Of a stretch of 64,000 bases of DNA, positions 8,140 to 17,878 are shown in pieces (the first letter of the stretch is position 1; the number at the start of each line of letters is the position of its first letter). The DNA comes from an uncultured Acidobacteriota bacterium. GTDB lineage: Bacteria > Acidobacteriota > Vicinamibacteria > Vicinamibacterales > CAVVIG01. A program made the translations under genes and the position numbers. The notes beneath the pieces are model-generated. The model was not told the DNA's origin. It was given only the letters and a program-made list of their open reading frames with translations, and made no database searches. Where the stretch lies: the NCBI GenBank assembly GCA_963725105.1, contig CAVRXZ010000017.1, forward strand, positions 3,975-67,974, read 5' to 3'.

Positions 8140-9297
8140 TCACGCCAGTGGATGGCGCTCCAGCAGCTGGCGGGCGATGATGAGGCGCTGCAATTCGTTG
8201 GTGCCCCCACCAATCACGAGGAGCGGCGCATCGCGGTAGTACCGTTCTACAGGGAAGTCCTTGGAGAATCCGTTTCCGCCCAGGATCCGCATTGCCTCGA
8301 GCGAGACCTCGGCCGCGGTTTCCGTCGCAAAGAGCTTGGCCATCCCTGCCTCGAGGTCGCAGCGCTCGCGGCGATCCTTTTTGTTCGCCGCGGAATAGAT
8401 CAAGAGTCGTGACGCTTCGATTCTGGTCGCCATGTCAGCCAGCTTGATTTGAATCGTCTGATGCTGGGCGATCGGCTTGCCGAACGTGTGGCGCTGCTGG
8501 GCGTATTTGATCGCTTCCTCGAACGCCGCCCGGGCCACGCCGAGGCCGCGCGCTGCGACATTCAGCCGCTCCGCTTCAAGGCCGGTCATGACGTGCTTGA
8601 ATCCCCGACCTTCTTCACCGCCGATGAGATCCGCCGCCGGGACCGGGAAGTCGGCGAAATGGAGTTCGGTCGTCTCAACCGTCTTGTAGCCCATCTTGTC
8701 GATGTCGCGGCCGACGGTCAGGCCGGGTGCGCCTTTTTCGATAATGAACGCGCTGATGCCTCGATGGGGCGGTACGGCCGCAGGATCGGTCTTGGCCAAC
8801 AGCAGAAAGACGCCGGCGTATCGCCCGTTGGTGACCCACATCTTGGATCCTGAGACCAGGTATCCATCGCCCTCCCGCCGCGCCGTTGTCACGATGGCTT
8901 GGAGGTCGGTGCCGGCGTTCGGTTCCGACAGGCAGATGCCGCCGCGCGGTTCGCCCTTCGCCAGACGCGGCAGCCAGCGCCGCTTCTGATCGGGCGTGCC
9001 GTATCGTCCCAGCACGTCGCACAGGACGAGGTGTGTGCCCAGAATGCCCGCCAGTCCCATCCATCCGCGCGACAGCTCCTCGAACACCAGCGCGAACGTC
9101 GTATAGTCGGCGTCGCTTCCGCCGAATTCTTCCGGGACATTCAGTCCGAACAGGCCGAGCGACTTCATCGTCTCGACAAGCGCGTGGGGGTATTCGCCAC
9201 GATGTTCCATCCCGGACGCCACGGGCATGACCTCGCGCTCCACGAACTCGCGGACTGTTTGCGCAACGAGGCGCTGCTGTTCATTCAGTTCAATCAC
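8140..9297 (-). CDS. Acyl-CoA dehydrogenase
   Basis: 385-aa ORF with typical ACAD blocks: GLFGLNVPEEFGG, CLSEPNAGTDL, SGSKMWVTNG, QRHTFGKPIAQHQ and ILGGNGFSKDFPVERYYRDA. Confidence 0.9.
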   Translation of the reverse strand: MIELNEQQRLVAQTVREFVEREVMPVASGMEHRGEYPHALVETMKSLGLFGLNVPEEFGGSDADYTTFALVFEELSRGWMGLAGILGTHLVLCDVLGRYGTPDQKRRWLPRLAKGEPRGGICLSEPNAGTDLQAIVTTARREGDGYLVSGSKMWVTNGRYAGVFLLLAKTDPAAVPPHRGISAFIIEKGAPGLTVGRDIDKMGYKTVETTELHFADFPVPAADLIGGEEGRGFKHVMTGLEAERLNVAARGLGVARAAFEEAIKYAQQRHTFGKPIAQHQTIQIKLADMATRIEASRLLIYSAANKKDRRERCDLEAGMAKLFATETAAEVSLEAMRILGGNGFSKDFPVERYYRDAPLLVIGGGTNELQRLIIARQLLERHPLA

Positions 9298-9317
9298 ACC
9301 GACTCCTCACATCGCGT

Positions 9318-10238
9318 TCAACGATTGGCTTCGGTTTCGGAATCGGCTGCCGGCGCGATGCCGCGGCACAGCACTTCAACAAACTTTTCGGCGGCCGGCG
9401 AGAACGATCGGGACGCGCTGCCGATGATCCCAATCTTTCGAATGAGCGCCGGCGAGCGGATCGGCAGCATGCGCAGCGTCGACTCGACGGCCGGGGTGAA
9501 CTCGCGCTCCGGGAGGATCGCGACGCCGAACCCGGCCGCCGCGAGTCCAAGGATCGTCGTCACGTAGGACGCTTCGTGTGCGACATTGGCGGACAACCCT
9601 TCGCGCTCGAGGGCACGATCGACAAGGACGCGAACGCTGCTCGTACGGCGCGTGAGCAGGAGCGGAAAGTTGACGACTTCGCGAAACGTCAGCGTGCGCC
9701 GCTTGGCCAGCGCATGCCGCACCGACACGAACGCGGCCATCCGATCCGACCACAGGTGCTGATAGGTCAGCTCGCGGTCGATCTTTGCGTAACTGCCGAT
9801 CCCGAAGTCCACCTCGCCGGCCTTCACCGCATCCGAAACAGTCGTTCCGATGAGCTCGACCAGTCGGACGGCGATCCCCGGATATTCGGCGTTCAGCCGG
9901 CGGATGGCTTCCGGTGCCATCGATGCCGCGATGGAGGGCAGAACCGCCACCGTCACAATGCCGCGCTGGTGCGTAGCGAACTCGTGGCTGCTGACCCGGA
10001 TGGCTTCGATCTCGGTCAGCACGCGCTCAATCGGCCGGAGCAGTTCCCGCCCGGCCTGGGTGAGTGCGACGTGACGCTTGTCGCGATCGAACAGCTTCAC
10101 ACCGAGGGCGTGTTCGAGCTGTTTCACCTGGACGGTCAAGGCCGGCTGGCAGATGTGCAGCTCCTCGGCGGCGCGCGTGAAATTGCCGCATCGCGCCACT
10201 TCGACGAACGCACGCATGTGACGAACTTCGGTCGACAT
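9318..10238 (-). CDS. LysR family transcriptional regulator
   Basis: The N-terminal HTH reads MRAFVEVARCGNFTRAAEELHICQPALTVQVKQLE and is followed by a LysR substrate-binding domain. ATG at 10238 is preferred over the TTG at 10280 given by the track. The gene ends 20 nt upstream of the ACAD gene on the same strand. Confidence 0.85.
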   Translation of the reverse strand: MSTEVRHMRAFVEVARCGNFTRAAEELHICQPALTVQVKQLEHALGVKLFDRDKRHVALTQAGRELLRPIERVLTEIEAIRVSSHEFATHQRGIVTVAVLPSIAASMAPEAIRRLNAEYPGIAVRLVELIGTTVSDAVKAGEVDFGIGSYAKIDRELTYQHLWSDRMAAFVSVRHALAKRRTLTFREVVNFPLLLTRRTSSVRVLVDRALEREGLSANVAHEASYVTTILGLAAAGFGVAILPEREFTPAVESTLRMLPIRSPALIRKIGIIGSASRSFSPAAEKFVEVLCRGIAPAADSETEANR

Positions 10239-10269
10239 CGGCCGGGGGCCGATGCTAGTGCGCGGGGGA

Positions 10270-10315
10270 GTCATAGTCAATGACCGTCACTTGTATCACA
10301 GTCATAACCATGAAC
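10270..10315. promoter_or_regulatory. Candidate LysR-type operator pair in the divergent lysR/MFS intergenic region
   Basis: Two dyads are present: gTCATagtcaATGAc at 10270-10284 and gTCATaaccATGAa at 10301-10314. They lie between the LysR start (10238, minus) and the MFS start (about 10411, plus). Confidence 0.4.
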
Positions 10316-10410
10316 TATCAGACGGCGGGTGGGGATGTGCTAACGTCGCCCGCCTCCGATGGAATCGCCCGGCGTCAATTCCCCTGTGCTCACGCGGCCA
10401 CGCGGCTTCT

Positions 10411-11643
10411 TTGGATGGTTCTGGGACGCGCCGCAGCTCGTCGCGCCGCACGCTGTTTGCCGCCTGGCTCGGATGGTTGTTGGACGGCTTCGACGTGATG
10501 CTGTACGCGCTGGTCATCGGCGCGCTCGTCGGCGAGTGGTCGTTGACCAAAGCGATGGCAGGACTGCTGGGTTCGCTGACGTTGATTGCGTCCGGCGCCG
10601 GTGGTGTGCTGTTCGGCTACGTCGCCGATCGCTGGGGACGCCGGCCCGCGCTGGTCGGCAGCCTCCTGGTCTACTCGATCTTCACGTTTGCCTGCGGGCT
10701 GTCGGCAACAATCTGGCAGCTGGCCGTGTTCCGGTTCCTGCTCGGGCTCGGCATGGGCGGGGAGTGGACAAGCGGCGCCGCCCTGGTCGCCGAAACCTGG
10801 CCGGACGCGCACCGCGGCAAGGCCATGGGTGTGATGCAGAGCGCGTGGTCCGTCGGGTATGCCCTGGCCGCACTCGTGGCCGCCATCGTGCTGCCTCGCT
10901 TCGGATGGCGGGCCGTATTCTTTGTCGGTATCCTGCCCGCCTTCGCGGCGATCTGGATTCAACGGAGCATCGACGAGTCGGCGGAATGGCGGCGATCGCG
11001 CGCAGTTCGTTCCACGGCCTCGAGTCCTATTCGTGCCATCTTCTCAAAGCCATACCTCGTGCCGACCGTGCTGCTGACCGTGTTGAGCACGACCACGATC
11101 TTCGCCTACTGGGGCCTGAACCTCTGGATCCCGGCGTACTTCTCGTTGCCACACACGGAAGGCGGACTCGGCCTGGCCACCGGGGTTTCGACGCTGTTGA
11201 TCGTCCTCACGCAGGCCGGGACGTTTCTGGGATACCTCTCATTTGGCTTTGTCGCCGATGCGTACGGCCGGCGTCGGAGCTTTGTCACCTACATTCTGAC
11301 CGGTACTGTGTTGATTCTCGGTTTTGCCGCGACGCGCAATATCTGGATCCTCGCGATCCTCGCACCGGCGACGACGTTTTTTGCGACGGGTTTGTTTTCC
11401 GGCTTCGGCGCCGTGACAGCTGAGTTGTACCCCACCGCCATCCGGGCCACGGCGACCGGCTTCACCTACAACGTGGGTCGCATCGGCAGTGCACTCTCTC
11501 CATTCGTCGTCGGATCGTTGGCCGAGACGAACGGTTTTGGAATGGCCTTTGCGCTCCTCGCCATCGCCCTTGGGCTGGGCGCCGTCCCGTGGATCTGGCT
11601 GCCCGAAACGCGGCAGCGCAACCCGGTTACGATCCCGGCGTAA
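10411..11643 (+). CDS. MFS transporter (metabolite:H+ symporter type); start uncertain
   Basis: The N-terminus RRTLFAAWLGWLLDGFD, the loop motif GYVADRWGRRP and 12 hydrophobic segments identify an MFS transporter. The track ORF starts at 10252 but has no plausible ATG. I use the in-frame TTG at 10411 (MDGSGTRRSSSRRTLF...). ATG 10359 in another frame plus an indel is an alternative. Confidence 0.75.
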   Translation: MDGSGTRRSSSRRTLFAAWLGWLLDGFDVMLYALVIGALVGEWSLTKAMAGLLGSLTLIASGAGGVLFGYVADRWGRRPALVGSLLVYSIFTFACGLSATIWQLAVFRFLLGLGMGGEWTSGAALVAETWPDAHRGKAMGVMQSAWSVGYALAALVAAIVLPRFGWRAVFFVGILPAFAAIWIQRSIDESAEWRRSRAVRSTASSPIRAIFSKPYLVPTVLLTVLSTTTIFAYWGLNLWIPAYFSLPHTEGGLGLATGVSTLLIVLTQAGTFLGYLSFGFVADAYGRRRSFVTYILTGTVLILGFAATRNIWILAILAPATTFFATGLFSGFGAVTAELYPTAIRATATGFTYNVGRIGSALSPFVVGSLAETNGFGMAFALLAIALGLGAVPWIWLPETRQRNPVTIPA

Positions 11644-11651
11644 GACGTCTC

Positions 11652-12830
11652 ATGTCCTCTCGTCCCCTCGCCGGCATCGTCGTCGTCTCCGTGGAACAGG
11701 CGGTCGCGGTACCGTTCGCCACTCGTCAGCTCGCCGATCTTGGCGCCCGCGTGATCAAGATCGAACGTCCGGGCACAGGCGATTTCGCGCGCGCGTACGA
11801 CACCACGGTCCGCGGGCTCGCCAGTCACTTCGTCTGGCTGAACCGATCGAAGGAATCGCTGACGCTCGATCTCAAGCGCCCTGAGGCTCGAGCTGTCCTC
11901 GCCCGCCTGCTGGAACGCGCCGATGTATTCATCCAGAATCTGGCGCCGGGCGCTGCGGAACGACTGGGGCTCGGCGCAAGCGAGCTGCGGGCCAGGCATC
12001 CGCGACTCATCACGTGCGGACTGAGCGGCTACGGTACGAGCGGGCCATATGCCGACAAGAAGGCGTACGACCTGCTGATTCAGAGCGAAACCGGCCTCGT
12101 CTCGATTACCGGCACCGAGGAAAGTCCCTCGAAGGTCGGCCTGTCGATCGCCGACATCGCAGGCGGGATGTACGCCTACTCCGGGATCCTGACGGCGCTG
12201 CTGCAGCGCCACCAAACCGGAACCGGGACGGCGCTCGAGGTCTCGCTCTTCGACGCCCTAGGTGAGTGGATGGGATACGCCACCTATTACACGATGGGCG
12301 GCGCGGCGCCGGCGCGGACGGGAGCCAGCCACGCCGCGATTGCGCCGTATGGCCCTTACCGCACTCGCGACGGGCAGGTCATCTTCGGTATCCACAGCGA
12401 CCGGGAATGGGGCGTCTTCTGCCGCGAAGTGCTGCAGCGGCCGTTGCTCGCCGGGGATTCCCGCTTTCAGGGCAATCATCGGCGCGTTGAACACCGCGCC
12501 GCGATGAACGCAGAAATCGAGGCCGTGCTGACAACGCTGTCGACAGCGGACGTCGTGGCGCGGCTTGACGCGGCGCAGATCGCCAACGCCCGCATGAACA
12601 CGGTGCAGCAGTTCATCGATCACCCGCAGCTTCAGGCCCGCGGGGCCTGGCGCCAGATTCCGTCGCCCGTCGGCCCGATTGCCGCCCTTATTCCGCCCGT
12701 GCGGATGGACGGCGTCGAGCCGGTGATGGGCGCCATTCCGGCGCTCGGCGAACACACCGACGCGATCCTCACCGAATTGCACTTCGATCGCGACACGATT
12801 CAGGCGTGGCGGCAGGAGGGAATCATCTAA
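11652..12830 (+). CDS. Family III CoA-transferase (CaiB/BaiF family)
   Basis: Translation from ATG 11652 gives MSSRPLAGIVVVSVEQAVAVPFATRQLADLGARVIKIERPGTGDFAR. Later blocks are LIQSETGL and the SIADIAGGMYA region. The start lies 8 nt after the MFS stop. Confidence 0.85.
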   Translation: MSSRPLAGIVVVSVEQAVAVPFATRQLADLGARVIKIERPGTGDFARAYDTTVRGLASHFVWLNRSKESLTLDLKRPEARAVLARLLERADVFIQNLAPGAAERLGLGASELRARHPRLITCGLSGYGTSGPYADKKAYDLLIQSETGLVSITGTEESPSKVGLSIADIAGGMYAYSGILTALLQRHQTGTGTALEVSLFDALGEWMGYATYYTMGGAAPARTGASHAAIAPYGPYRTRDGQVIFGIHSDREWGVFCREVLQRPLLAGDSRFQGNHRRVEHRAAMNAEIEAVLTTLSTADVVARLDAAQIANARMNTVQQFIDHPQLQARGAWRQIPSPVGPIAALIPPVRMDGVEPVMGAIPALGEHTDAILTELHFDRDTIQAWRQEGII

Positions 12831-12985
12831 GGGTGCGTTGCACAATTGGCGTAGTGCGGGGCTTCCGCCTTCGCTGAAGCTACGGCGGACCGCCGAAGCC
12901 TTGGCGGAGGCTGGTCAGCCCCGCCGTGTCTGCAGGCCCTGAAGGCCTGCACTACACTTGGTGGATTGGCAATTCACCAACCCGC
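12831..12985. repeat. MITE/REP-like nested-hairpin intergenic element, copy 2 (inverted, with extra internal hairpins)
   Basis: It begins directly after the stop at 12830. The arms gggtgcgttgcacaattggcgtagtgcggggc and gcaggccctgaaggcctgcactaca..aattcaccaac match the arms of copy 1. Additional palindromic inserts are ccgccttcgctgaagctacggcgg and ccgccgaagccttggcgg. Confidence 0.65.
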
Positions 12986-12999
12986 CAACCCGCCAAGGT

Positions 13000-15039
13000 T
13001 CACTCCACCACGATCAGTTGCCCGATGGCCCACGGGTGGTCTTTGCAGACGTAGGTATAGCTGCCCGGTTTGTCGAACTTCACGACGGCGACCTGCACGG
13101 GATTGAGCGGCCCGGTTGTCCAGGAGCCGTCCTGCGCGACGATCGTGTGAATCATCGTGCCGTTGTTCTGCCAGGTGACCTCGGTGCCGACTTTGACGCG
13201 GGCGCGGCGCGGGCTGAACGCGTACTCGTCCATCTGATAGTGATTGCCGGTCAACCCCATATCGCGCGCGAGTGCGGCGGTCTCGATGAGACTGGTGTCC
13301 TGGATCGGTCCCGCGAACAACTCGTCGGGTAGCGCTGGCGGCGCGGGTTGCGGCGGCAGTGTGCCTCCGAGCTTGAAGGCCCAGACATTCGCCGCCGCTA
13401 CCACCGTCACGTACTGCTCGCCGTCGATTTCATACGTCGCGGGCGGACCGCCACCGCGCGTGCCCGTCTGGAACTGCCACAGCCGCTCGCCGCTGCGCGC
13501 ATCGTAGGCCTCGAAGTTTCCGTCGCCGGCAGCCTGGAACATCAAGCCGCCAGCCGTCGTCATCGCGCCGCCCGGACTGCCGTCGCGGAACTCTTTTCGC
13601 CAGGCGATCTTGTTCGTGCGGCTGTCGATGGCCGCCAGCACCTGGTAGCCCTTGAGGCCGGGCACCTGATTGCCGAGGCTGAAGAAATACGGATTCTCGG
13701 TCCGCCGAAACCAGTCGAGGCGCGCTGCGCCGGCGGCGTAAAAGAAGCCGGTGTCGGGACTGAAGGCCATCGGGGTCGAGCGCATGCCGACGAACGGGAC
13801 CAGCAGATTCGGCCGCTTCGGCGTCGCCGGCGTGAAGAAGCACCCCAACTCGAAGCCCACAGGGATCTGCTGTCTGCGCCATTCATCGCAGTCTGGGAGC
13901 ACGCGCTCGGCTCCCACGGGGAACGGCTGCGTTGCGGCGGTCTTCTGCAGCGCGTCCTGAGGGACCGCTCGCTCTTCGATCGGCATCAACGGCTTGCCCG
14001 TCTCGCGATCGAGCATGAACAGGTGGCCATCCACTCGCATCGCCGCAATGCCCTTACGCGCCCGTCCGTTGACCTGGGCGTTGAAGAGTACCGGCGCGAT
14101 AGCGATATCGGCTTCCCAGATGTCGTGGCGAATCACCTGGTAGTGCCATTTGAGCTTTCCAGTCTTCATATCGAGCGCGACGAGTGAACAGAGGTACAGG
14201 TTGTCCCCGGCGCGGACCTCGCCACCGTATTGCGGAACGCCGTTGCCGGTCCCGTAGTAGACGAGGCCGAGGTCCGGATCGGCGGCCCCGACGAGCCAGA
14301 TGGCGCCGCCTCCGCGTTTCCAGCTGTCGCTGTTCCTGGGCCAGGTTTCGTGACCAGGCTCGCCCGGGCCCGGGATGACGTAGAACTCCCACGCCTGCTT
14401 CCCGGTCTTTGCGTCGAGTGCAATGATTCGACCGCGCAGCCCGAAATCGGCGTTCAGTCCCATGAAGACCATGCCGTTCGCGTACGTCGGCGCTCCGGAG
14501 ACGCCTTGCCCACGATGACGTGGCGTGTCGCCGATGTACTGGCTCCAGACGAGCTCGCCGGTCTTCTCTCGCAGGGCGATGACGTGCGCGTCGGACATAC
14601 CGACGAAGACGAGTCCTTCGCCGACGGCGACGCCTTCTCTCGCGGGCGAGCCCTGCGTGACCTCCGCCGCTCCCGGAGGCGGGGGAGTCTTACTGGCCCG
14701 GAAGGTCCAGGCCGTGCTGCCTGTCTTCGCGTCCAGCGCGTGCACCGTTGGACCCGCCGTCACGAACATCAGTCCGTTCTTTACGACGGGCGTCGCGCGT
14801 GAGGCGGCGTTTGGATCGAGCTTCTGCGACATCCACGCGCCACCCAGCCTCGTTACGTTCTGCAACGTAATCTGCCCGAGCGTCGAGTACCGAGCGTTGC
14901 CCCAGTCTCCGCCCACAGCCGGCCACAGCGCCGCTGCCGGCGCACGGTAATCCTCCGGCGTCTGCAGACTCGAGGTGGTGGACAACGCGAAAACGAAGCC
15001 AATGGAGACGATGAGCGCCCCACGACGCGGCATATTCAC
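13000..15039 (-). CDS. PQQ-dependent dehydrogenase (beta-propeller quinoprotein) fused to a C-terminal cupredoxin-like domain
   Basis: 679-aa ORF with a signal peptide, followed by WPAVGGDWGNARYSTL and repeated W-containing propeller blades. The C-terminal ~100 aa read VKVGTEVTWQNNGTMIHTIVAQDG...PGSYTYVCKDHPWAIGQLIVVE, which is the plastocyanin/amicyanin-like His...Cys-x2-His pattern. Confidence 0.8.
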   Translation of the reverse strand: MNMPRRGALIVSIGFVFALSTTSSLQTPEDYRAPAAALWPAVGGDWGNARYSTLGQITLQNVTRLGGAWMSQKLDPNAASRATPVVKNGLMFVTAGPTVHALDAKTGSTAWTFRASKTPPPPGAAEVTQGSPAREGVAVGEGLVFVGMSDAHVIALREKTGELVWSQYIGDTPRHRGQGVSGAPTYANGMVFMGLNADFGLRGRIIALDAKTGKQAWEFYVIPGPGEPGHETWPRNSDSWKRGGGAIWLVGAADPDLGLVYYGTGNGVPQYGGEVRAGDNLYLCSLVALDMKTGKLKWHYQVIRHDIWEADIAIAPVLFNAQVNGRARKGIAAMRVDGHLFMLDRETGKPLMPIEERAVPQDALQKTAATQPFPVGAERVLPDCDEWRRQQIPVGFELGCFFTPATPKRPNLLVPFVGMRSTPMAFSPDTGFFYAAGAARLDWFRRTENPYFFSLGNQVPGLKGYQVLAAIDSRTNKIAWRKEFRDGSPGGAMTTAGGLMFQAAGDGNFEAYDARSGERLWQFQTGTRGGGPPATYEIDGEQYVTVVAAANVWAFKLGGTLPPQPAPPALPDELFAGPIQDTSLIETAALARDMGLTGNHYQMDEYAFSPRRARVKVGTEVTWQNNGTMIHTIVAQDGSWTTGPLNPVQVAVVKFDKPGSYTYVCKDHPWAIGQLIVVE

Positions 15040-15182
15040 AGTCGACCTCCACGTAAGCGATTCGTGAAACGCATGCAGCCACCGCGGTGTACGCGTGCAT
15101 TGTGCACGCCCGCCGCGACCTTGTCACCACCCGGCTGTTTGTGGTGCGGCTTCAGAGATATCATTCCGTCAAGTACCTCAGC

Positions 15183-16802
15183 ATGAGCCATCCTTCCGCT
15201 CCGTTCGTTACCTCGGGCCTTGTCCGACTGACCCGGCCGCAGCTCGTCGGTACGATGGCCGGCCTCATGCTGGCGATGCTGCTCGCCGCACTGGATCAAA
15301 CCATCGTCGGGACCGCGGAGCCGAGGATCATCGCCCAGTTGTCTGGATTCGACAGATATCCCTGGGTGGCCACGGCGTACCTGCTGACCTCCACCCTGGC
15401 GGTGCCGGTTTTCGCGAAGCTCTCGGACATGTTCGGCAGGAAGCCATTCTTCCTGCTGGCCGCGGTTCTGTTTGTCGCGGCATCGGCGCTGTGCGGTGCG
15501 TCCGGCAAGATCCCGGTACCTCTGGATGGGATGAACCAGCTGATCGTTTTCCGGGGACTTCAGGGCATCGGCGCCGGCGGTGTGATGGGACTCATCTTCA
15601 CGATCATCGGGGACATCTTCGCGCCGCAGGAGCGAGGTCGGTATCAGGGCTTCTTTTCGGCCGTGTGGGGAATCTCGGCGATATTCGGCCCCACGCTCGG
15701 CGGCTGGCTCACCGATCAGGTGTCGTGGCGGGCCTGTTTCTATGTGAATCTTCCGGTCGGCATCATCGCCATTTCGGCCATCTACCTCGAGTTCCCGAAC
15801 TTCCATCCTCGAGGTGAGCGGCGTCGGCTCGACTGGCTCGGGATTCTGAGTCTGGTGGGGAGCATGGTCCCGCTGTTGCTCGCGCTGACGTGGGCCAGCG
15901 ATCTGGGCTGGCGGTCGACGCGGGTTGAGACGCTGCTGGTGGCGGCAGCCGCCATGCTCGCGGTGTTTCTCTACGTGGAACGTCGGGCGTCGGAGCCACT
16001 CATTCCGTTATCGCTCTTCAAGGTTCCGGTGATCAGTATCTGTTCGCTGTGTGCCTTCCTGGTCGGCATGGGCATGTTCGGCGTGATCATTTATCTTCCG
16101 CTGTTCATGCAGGGCGTCCTGCAGGTGTCGGCGACAAGGTCCGGTAATCTCATGATGCCGATGATGATGGGCGCGGTCATTGGGACGTTCATCAGCGGTC
16201 AGGCGATGTCGCGCCTCGGCACGTACAAGATGCTGGCGCTCGTCGGATCGGTATTGGTCGCGGCCGGCATGGCGCTTTTCGCGCAGATGGGGCCCTACAC
16301 CCCACCGCTCGAAGTCGTGGCTGGCATGCTCGCGGCCGGTCTGGGGATGGGGCTGCTGATGCCCGTTTATACCGTCGCGGTGCAGAACGTCGCGCCTCGC
16401 ATTCACATGGGCGCGGCGACCGCCTCGACGATCTTTTTCCGTTCGATCGGCAGCACCGTTGGCGTGGCTGTGTTCGGGAGCGTGATGCTCGGGGTCTACC
16501 ATCGAGAGATGGCCGACCGCATCCAGGCCGCGGCCCCCGTGGCCACGCGGGCGTGGTTCGCAAACCCTCTGATGCTGGTGCAGATGCGCCCCCAGCTCGA
16601 GGCGGCATTCAGCGAGCACGGCGGCGTGGATGCGCTGAACGCGCTGCTCGCACACGTTCGCACGGCCCTAGCCGGCGGGCTGCACCTGGCATTTCTGTTG
16701 AGCGCCCTGCTCATGACCGCCGCGATTGGGCTCCACGTCGGACTCCGCGACGTCCGCCTGAGATCGCAGGCACACATGCCCGAACCCGAACTCTCGGTGT
16801 AG
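15183..16802 (+). CDS. MFS transporter, DHA2 (EmrB/QacA-like, 14-TMS) drug/H+ antiporter family
   Basis: Translation from ATG 15183 gives MSHPSAPF...LAALDQTIVGTAEPRI. Later blocks are LSDMFGRKPFFL and GLQGIGAGG, with about 14 hydrophobic segments. Confidence 0.85.
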   Translation: MSHPSAPFVTSGLVRLTRPQLVGTMAGLMLAMLLAALDQTIVGTAEPRIIAQLSGFDRYPWVATAYLLTSTLAVPVFAKLSDMFGRKPFFLLAAVLFVAASALCGASGKIPVPLDGMNQLIVFRGLQGIGAGGVMGLIFTIIGDIFAPQERGRYQGFFSAVWGISAIFGPTLGGWLTDQVSWRACFYVNLPVGIIAISAIYLEFPNFHPRGERRRLDWLGILSLVGSMVPLLLALTWASDLGWRSTRVETLLVAAAAMLAVFLYVERRASEPLIPLSLFKVPVISICSLCAFLVGMGMFGVIIYLPLFMQGVLQVSATRSGNLMMPMMMGAVIGTFISGQAMSRLGTYKMLALVGSVLVAAGMALFAQMGPYTPPLEVVAGMLAAGLGMGLLMPVYTVAVQNVAPRIHMGAATASTIFFRSIGSTVGVAVFGSVMLGVYHREMADRIQAAAPVATRAWFANPLMLVQMRPQLEAAFSEHGGVDALNALLAHVRTALAGGLHLAFLLSALLMTAAIGLHVGLRDVRLRSQAHMPEPELSV

Positions 16803-16854
16803 GGATCAGTCTAGACTCTTCTCGAGACCTGTTAGGCTACAGAGGCTATTTCCC

Positions 16855-17868
16855 GTGCGCGCGTGGGTCGTACCTCGAGGCGGAACATCAATCGAAGACC
16901 TGCGTCGAATTGACCGGCCCGATCCCATCGCGCGGCCCGGCCAGGTGATCGTCCGGCTTCGCGCTGCCGCGCTCAACCGCCGCGACGAGGCGATTATCAC
17001 CGGCACCTATTTCGGTCGGCCCGTCGCGCGAGATCTCGTTCCACTCTCCGACGGCGCGGGAGAAGTGGCGGCCGTGGGGCCGGGCGTCGTGCGCTTCAGG
17101 CCGGGCGACCGAGTGGTCGCGACGTTCTTCCAGGCGGCGGCCGATGGCCCGCCGTCAGGCTCGCGCGACGCGCTGGGCAGTCCGCTTGACGGCACGCTCG
17201 TCGAGAAGATCGCGCTGTACGAGGACGGCTTGCTGCCGATACCGGATGGGCTGTCGTTCGAAGAAGCGGCCTGTCTGCCTTGCGCCGGCGTCACCGCGTG
17301 GAACGCGCTGATGGTTGCCGGCAGGCCGACGAGAGCCGGCGATACTTTGTTGATTCTAGGCACGGGTGGCGTCGCGGTCTTTGCGCTGCAGTTTGCCGTG
17401 GCGGCTGGCGCCCGCGTCATCGTGACCTCGTCGAGCGACGCAAAGCTCGAGCGTGTGCGCTCGTTCGGAGCCTCTGCGGGCGTGAGCTATCGACGGACAC
17501 CTGACTGGGATCGCGAAGTTCTGAAACTGACAGATGGCCGCGGTGTCGACTGCGTGGTGGAAATTGGTGGTGTTGGTACCCTGGAGAAGTCGCTCGAGAC
17601 GCTCGCGCCCGGCGGCAAGGTCTGTCTGATCGGCGTGCTCACCGGGCGCCGGGCGGAGATCAACCCCTATGCGCTGATGTGGAAGAGGGCCGCGTTGCAC
17701 GGCATCCGTGTCGGGAGCACGGAGACATTCGAACAGATGAATCGGGCAGTTGAAATCAATCGAATCCGTCCAGTGATCGACAGAGTGTTTCCATTCGACC
17801 ACGCGATCGACGCATTCCGGCATCAGGCGTCGGGCGCCTTCGTCGGCAAGATCGTCGTTGCGATGTGA
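16855..17868 (+). CDS. Zinc-type alcohol dehydrogenase/quinone oxidoreductase family (MDR) NAD(P)H oxidoreductase
   Basis: GTG start. The MDR fold is indicated by PGQVIVRLRAAALNRRD and the nucleotide-binding GDTLLILGTGGVAVFALQFA. The C-terminus is GAFVGKIVV. Confidence 0.8.
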   Translation: MRAWVVPRGGTSIEDLRRIDRPDPIARPGQVIVRLRAAALNRRDEAIITGTYFGRPVARDLVPLSDGAGEVAAVGPGVVRFRPGDRVVATFFQAAADGPPSGSRDALGSPLDGTLVEKIALYEDGLLPIPDGLSFEEAACLPCAGVTAWNALMVAGRPTRAGDTLLILGTGGVAVFALQFAVAAGARVIVTSSSDAKLERVRSFGASAGVSYRRTPDWDREVLKLTDGRGVDCVVEIGGVGTLEKSLETLAPGGKVCLIGVLTGRRAEINPYALMWKRAALHGIRVGSTETFEQMNRAVEINRIRPVIDRVFPFDHAIDAFRHQASGAFVGKIVVAM

Positions 17869-17878
17869 CGACCGGGCG

